Source of the DNA: Caulobacteraceae bacterium
GTDB taxonomy: Bacteria; Pseudomonadota; Alphaproteobacteria; Caulobacterales; Caulobacteraceae
Direction: 5' to 3'
DNA length: 37,842 bases
NCBI GenBank assembly: GCA_049519835.1
Contig: JBEKQJ010000003.1
Location: 1-37,842 of the forward strand
Each line of letters begins with the position of its first letter. Position 1 is the stretch's first letter. Both the position numbers and the translations under genes were made by a program. Under the pieces are notes generated by a model, which made no database searches, was not told the origin of the DNA, and was given only the letters and a program-made list of their open reading frames with translations. Positions 34,434-37,842 of the stretch are shown in pieces.

Positions 34434-35044
34434 AACTCTACGGTGCGGCCAAGCCGGCTCCCAATCCGCGTCGGGTGCGCATATTCCTGGCCGAAAAGGG
34501 CATCGCGCTCGACGAGACGCCGATCGACATCATGGCTCGCGAGCACAAGTCGCCGGAACACCTGGCTCGCAACTCGCTGGGCCAGGTGCCGGTGCTGGAG
34601 CTGGACGATGGCGTGACAATCTCCGAGACGGTGGCGATCTGCCGCTATTTCGAGGAAGTGCAGCCCGAGCCGGCGCTCTTCGGCCGCACAGCGGTGGAGA
34701 AGGCGCAGGTCGACATGTGGATCCGGCGCGTGGAGTTCCAGGTCATGACGCCGGTCGGCATGTTCTGGCGCCACGCCCACCCGCGGACGGCCGCCCTGCT
34801 GCGCCAGCACAAGGAGTTCGGGGAGTCGAACCGCGGCGCCTACGGACGGGCCCAGCGCTGGCTGGACGAGGAGCTGGCCGACGGCCGACCGTTCCTGGCC
34901 GGGCCGGCGTTCAGCATGGCCGACATCTGCGCCCTCTCGACGGTGGATTTCGCCCGCTGGATCGGCCTCGACCTTGCGCCGGAGCACAAGCACCTCGCCG
35001 CCTGGCATCAGCGGGTTGCGGCCCGGCCGAGCGCGGCGGCCTAG
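34430..35044 (+). CDS. glutathione S-transferase family protein
   Basis: ATGA overlap with ohr; APNPRRVRIFLAEKG, GQVPVLELDDG..ISETVAICRY and FLAGPAFSMADI. Confidence 0.93.
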   Translation: MKLYGAAKPAPNPRRVRIFLAEKGIALDETPIDIMAREHKSPEHLARNSLGQVPVLELDDGVTISETVAICRYFEEVQPEPALFGRTAVEKAQVDMWIRRVEFQVMTPVGMFWRHAHPRTAALLRQHKEFGESNRGAYGRAQRWLDEELADGRPFLAGPAFSMADICALSTVDFARWIGLDLAPEHKHLAAWHQRVAARPSAAA

Positions 35045-35076
35045 GCGCTGGCGAGGCGTCCGGGTAGACTGGCGTC

Positions 35077-37212
35077 ATGAGGGGGCCTGGGCGGGCGGTA
35101 GGCTGTGCGGCGCTGGCGCTGGCGGTGTGCGCCCTGTGGACGCGGCCGGCCGCGGCGAGCGGCGACTTCACCTGCATGCGGTCGTGGAAGGTGGCGCAGG
35201 CCAGCTTCTCCGGTTGTGACGACATGGCGGTGATGGGGCCCGGCAACGACACCCGGGTGAACCTAGTTCTGCTGATGGCCGACTTGCGCGGCACGGGCGG
35301 CAAGCCTCTGCCTCCGGCCGACGGCAAGAGCGAAGACCCGCTCTTCGATTGGGCAAGCCTCAATGCGCGGCTCTATCCCAAGCCCGCCGCCCCCGATGAT
35401 GGCGACTTCGCCTCTGGAGAGGGCTCGCGGTGCCTCAGCAACGCCGGCGGCGCGACCGACTTCGAGGCTGCGGTCAAGGCGGCGCGCGGACTGACCGATG
35501 CAGAGCGGACGGCGCTGCTGGCGGCGCGCAAGGCGCTGCCGGCCGACTGCACGTCGAACCCGTCTCAGCCGGTCACCGCCGACGTCCACTCGGTGGCCGC
35601 CAAGGCCTTTGTCACTTACCTGCAGGGCGCGGAGGCGTTCTACGGCGGGAACTTCGATGCCGCCGCCGAGGCTTTTGCCGCCCTCGCCAAGGCCGACGAC
35701 CCATGGCTGCGTGAGACCGCCCGCTACATGCAGGCGCGGGTCCAGCTGAATCGGCTCCAGGTGGGCCTTTTCGACGACTATGGCGCCCTCTCCAAGCGGG
35801 CCCCGGCCGACCAGGTGATGGCGGCCAAGGCCGACTTCGACGCCTATCTTCGCGCCTATCCCAAGGGTCGATACGCCGCATCGGCGCGCGGCCTAGAGCG
35901 GCGGCTCTATTGGCTGGGCGGCATGAACGGCAAGCTGGCCGCCGAGTACGCGGCCATGGCGGCGGTCGACCCCGCCGCGCGCGGCCTCGCCGACCCCGAC
36001 CTCGCCCAGGAGATTGACAACAAGCTGCTGGATGCCCTCAAGCCGGCGGACATCGCCGACCCGACCCTGCTCGCGGTGATCGACCTCAAGCTCATGCGGG
36101 CCGCCGATTCCGGATCGGGCGACGCCGGCGACCAATCTCTGGCGCTGAGCGACCTGGAGGCCCAGCGGGCGTCATTCGCCGGACGCCAACCGTTGTTCGA
36201 CTACCTGCTCGCCGCCCACGCCATCTACGTCGACCACCGCCCGGACGAGGCGCTGCGGCTGATCCCGGACGAGGCGGGGCAGACGTCGTTCACCAATCTA
36301 CAGTTCAGCCGCCAGATGGTGCGCGGCCTGGCGTTGGAGGCGACCAAGGACCCCGGCGCAATGGCGTTCTGGACGCGTATGCTGCCCGGCGCGGCGGGGC
36401 CCTATCAGCGCCCGGCCGTGGAGCTGGCGATCGCCATGCACTTCGAGCGCGCCGCGCAGCTCGACAAGGTGTTCGCCGCCGGCTCGCCGGTGCGCAGCGA
36501 GACCATGAGAACGATCCTGCTGGCCAATGCCGCTGGGCCCGGCCTGTTGCGGGCGCGGGCGACGGCGACGGACGCCGATCCGCACGAGCGTCGGGCGGCG
36601 CTCTTCGCTCTTCTTTACAAGGAGGTGACGCGCAGTCGGTACGCCGACTTCCTGAAGGACGCAGAGCTGATTCCGGCCGATGAGCGGGCCGCCCCAGGTC
36701 CCCAGAGCGGCGCCGAGCCGGACCCCTATCGCTTCTACCCCAGCGAAAACGACGTAAGCGGCGATGGACCGCTGTGGCTGTTCTCGGGTGGCGGCAAGCT
36801 CGGCGAATACAGCTGTCCGCCGCTCAAGGAGACGGCCGCCCGCCTGGCTCGCCAGAGCGGCGACTCAACTGCGAAGCTGTGCCTGGCGGAGTTCGTGCGC
36901 GCCAACGAACTCGATGGTTTCTTCCTCGACACGCCGCCTGCGAAGGACGAGCTGGGCGGCGCGCCCTCACAGTTTCCGGGACCTGCCTACGCACGCCTGG
37001 AGATCTACAAGCAGCTCATCGCCGATCCCAAGACGGGGGCTGCCGACAAGGCCTACACGCTCTATCGCGCCGTGCGCTGCTACGCGCCGAGCGGCAACAA
37101 TCACTGCGGCGGGGAGGATGTCGGTCAGCCGATGCGCAAGGCCTGGTTCGAGCGCCTCAAGCATGACTATCCATCATCGCCTTGGGCCAAGGAGCTCAAG
37201 TACTATTGGTGA
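35077..37212 (+). CDS. secreted helical-repeat (TPR-like) protein, partner of a DUF3142 protein
   Basis: Signal peptide ending AAA-S; helical repeats (YLQGAEAFYGGNFDAA, YLRAYPKGRYAASARGL); Cys pairs; C-terminal YRAVRCYAPSGNNHCGG...WFERLKHDYP.S.WA..LKYYW. Confidence 0.8.
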   Translation: MRGPGRAVGCAALALAVCALWTRPAAASGDFTCMRSWKVAQASFSGCDDMAVMGPGNDTRVNLVLLMADLRGTGGKPLPPADGKSEDPLFDWASLNARLYPKPAAPDDGDFASGEGSRCLSNAGGATDFEAAVKAARGLTDAERTALLAARKALPADCTSNPSQPVTADVHSVAAKAFVTYLQGAEAFYGGNFDAAAEAFAALAKADDPWLRETARYMQARVQLNRLQVGLFDDYGALSKRAPADQVMAAKADFDAYLRAYPKGRYAASARGLERRLYWLGGMNGKLAAEYAAMAAVDPAARGLADPDLAQEIDNKLLDALKPADIADPTLLAVIDLKLMRAADSGSGDAGDQSLALSDLEAQRASFAGRQPLFDYLLAAHAIYVDHRPDEALRLIPDEAGQTSFTNLQFSRQMVRGLALEATKDPGAMAFWTRMLPGAAGPYQRPAVELAIAMHFERAAQLDKVFAAGSPVRSETMRTILLANAAGPGLLRARATATDADPHERRAALFALLYKEVTRSRYADFLKDAELIPADERAAPGPQSGAEPDPYRFYPSENDVSGDGPLWLFSGGGKLGEYSCPPLKETAARLARQSGDSTAKLCLAEFVRANELDGFFLDTPPAKDELGGAPSQFPGPAYARLEIYKQLIADPKTGAADKAYTLYRAVRCYAPSGNNHCGGEDVGQPMRKAWFERLKHDYPSSPWAKELKYYW

Positions 37213-37842
37213 CCGCCTGACGATCGTCGCCCTGCTGCTGGCGCTGGCCGCCGGCGCAGCGCGCGCCGAGACCGTCGAGGCGAACCGCTACGACTCCTTC
37301 TGGCTGTGGGCCGGGGTCGCGCCCCAGCCCGCCCTCGCCCGCGCTCGGCGGGTCTACCTACTGGAGGGGGAGGTGAAGGTTGGCGACCCCGCGCGGCTCG
37401 TCGCCCAACGCCCGGCCACACCGCATGTTCGAGGCGTCAAGGTGTGGATGGTGGTGCGGGTCCAGACCCTCGACTGGCCGCCATCCGTATACCGACAGGT
37501 CCAAGCGGCGCTGGGGCGTTGGCGGGCGGCCGGGAACGACATCGCCGGTGTGCAGATCGACTTCGACGCCCGCACTCAGCGTCTCGCCGACTACGCCCAC
37601 TTTCTCGCAGGCCTGAAGCAGGCCCTGCCGGCCGGCTGCCAGCTCGGGATCACCGGCCTGCTCGACTGGAGCAGCCACGGCGACCCGGCCGGCCTCGCCG
37701 CGCTGGCTGGCGTGGTCGACGAGATCGTCCTGCAGATCTACCAGGGTCGGCATGTCATCCCGGGCTACGCCGGTTATCTCGCCCACCTCGACAACCTGAA
37801 GATCCCCTTCCGCGTCGGCCTGCTCGAGGGCGGCGACTGGAC
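37163..37842 (+). CDS. DUF3142 domain protein (partial, runs off the right edge; start uncertain)
   Basis: Not in the ORF track. Frame reads ...RLTIVALLLALAAGAARAETVEANRYDSFWLWAGV...GVQIDFDARTQRLADYAHFLAGLKQALPAGCQLGITGLLDW...VDEIVLQIYQGR. The only in-frame ATG upstream of the signal peptide is at 37163. Confidence 0.8.
   Translation, partial: MTIHHRLGPRSSSTIGDRLTIVALLLALAAGAARAETVEANRYDSFWLWAGVAPQPALARARRVYLLEGEVKVGDPARLVAQRPATPHVRGVKVWMVVRVQTLDWPPSVYRQVQAALGRWRAAGNDIAGVQIDFDARTQRLADYAHFLAGLKQALPAGCQLGITGLLDWSSHGDPAGLAALAGVVDEIVLQIYQGRHVIPGYAGYLAHLDNLKIPFRVGLLEGGDW

Noticed and set aside
35077-37212. Calling the large secreted protein BamD/YfiO
   Set aside because: At 711 aa it is far longer than BamD and has an SPase I-type signal rather than a lipobox. 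Only generic helical repeats are shared.

Overview
GC-rich alphaproteobacterial chromosome segment whose gene content suggests Caulobacteraceae (inference). It has about 35 CDS. I found no rRNA, tRNA, CRISPR array, transposase or integrase. From left to right: (1) a minus-strand unit of a TonB-dependent receptor, a TPR/2OG-Fe(II) oxygenase and a partial TPR protein; (2) a GcvA-like LysR with a T-N11-A box and a divergent small ORF; (3) an ALK/LTK-type glycine-rich protein fused to a Hint domain, with a decayed C-terminus; (4) a long minus-strand run of type III PKS, ICMT-family methyltransferase, DHA2 MFS, ligase-associated exonuclease, ATP-dependent DNA ligase, L,D-transpeptidase, a pfpI remnant, a hypothetical protein and an enoyl-CoA hydratase; (5) an epimerase/SDR/glycosidase operon and a FAD oxidoreductase; (6) an AT-richer cassette of a Cys-tailed MarR, two inverted operator boxes, an orphan ~301-aa protein that by eye resembles a divergent YqcI/YcgG (DcsA/GntA-type) heme N-oxygenase, an EamA exporter and an AraC regulator; (7) a storage-lipid cluster of WS/DGAT, two phasin-like proteins, two paralogous alpha/beta hydrolases, a mini-PhaE, a class III/IV-like PhaC, a GNAT and an exported esterase; (8) ohr-gst; (9) a secreted helical-repeat protein with a DUF3142 partner. 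The best candidates for an undescribed system are the MarR-enzyme-EamA cassette (22492-26332) and the hybrid wax-ester/PHA granule cluster (26438-33902). All family calls come from motif recognition by eye; no database search was run.
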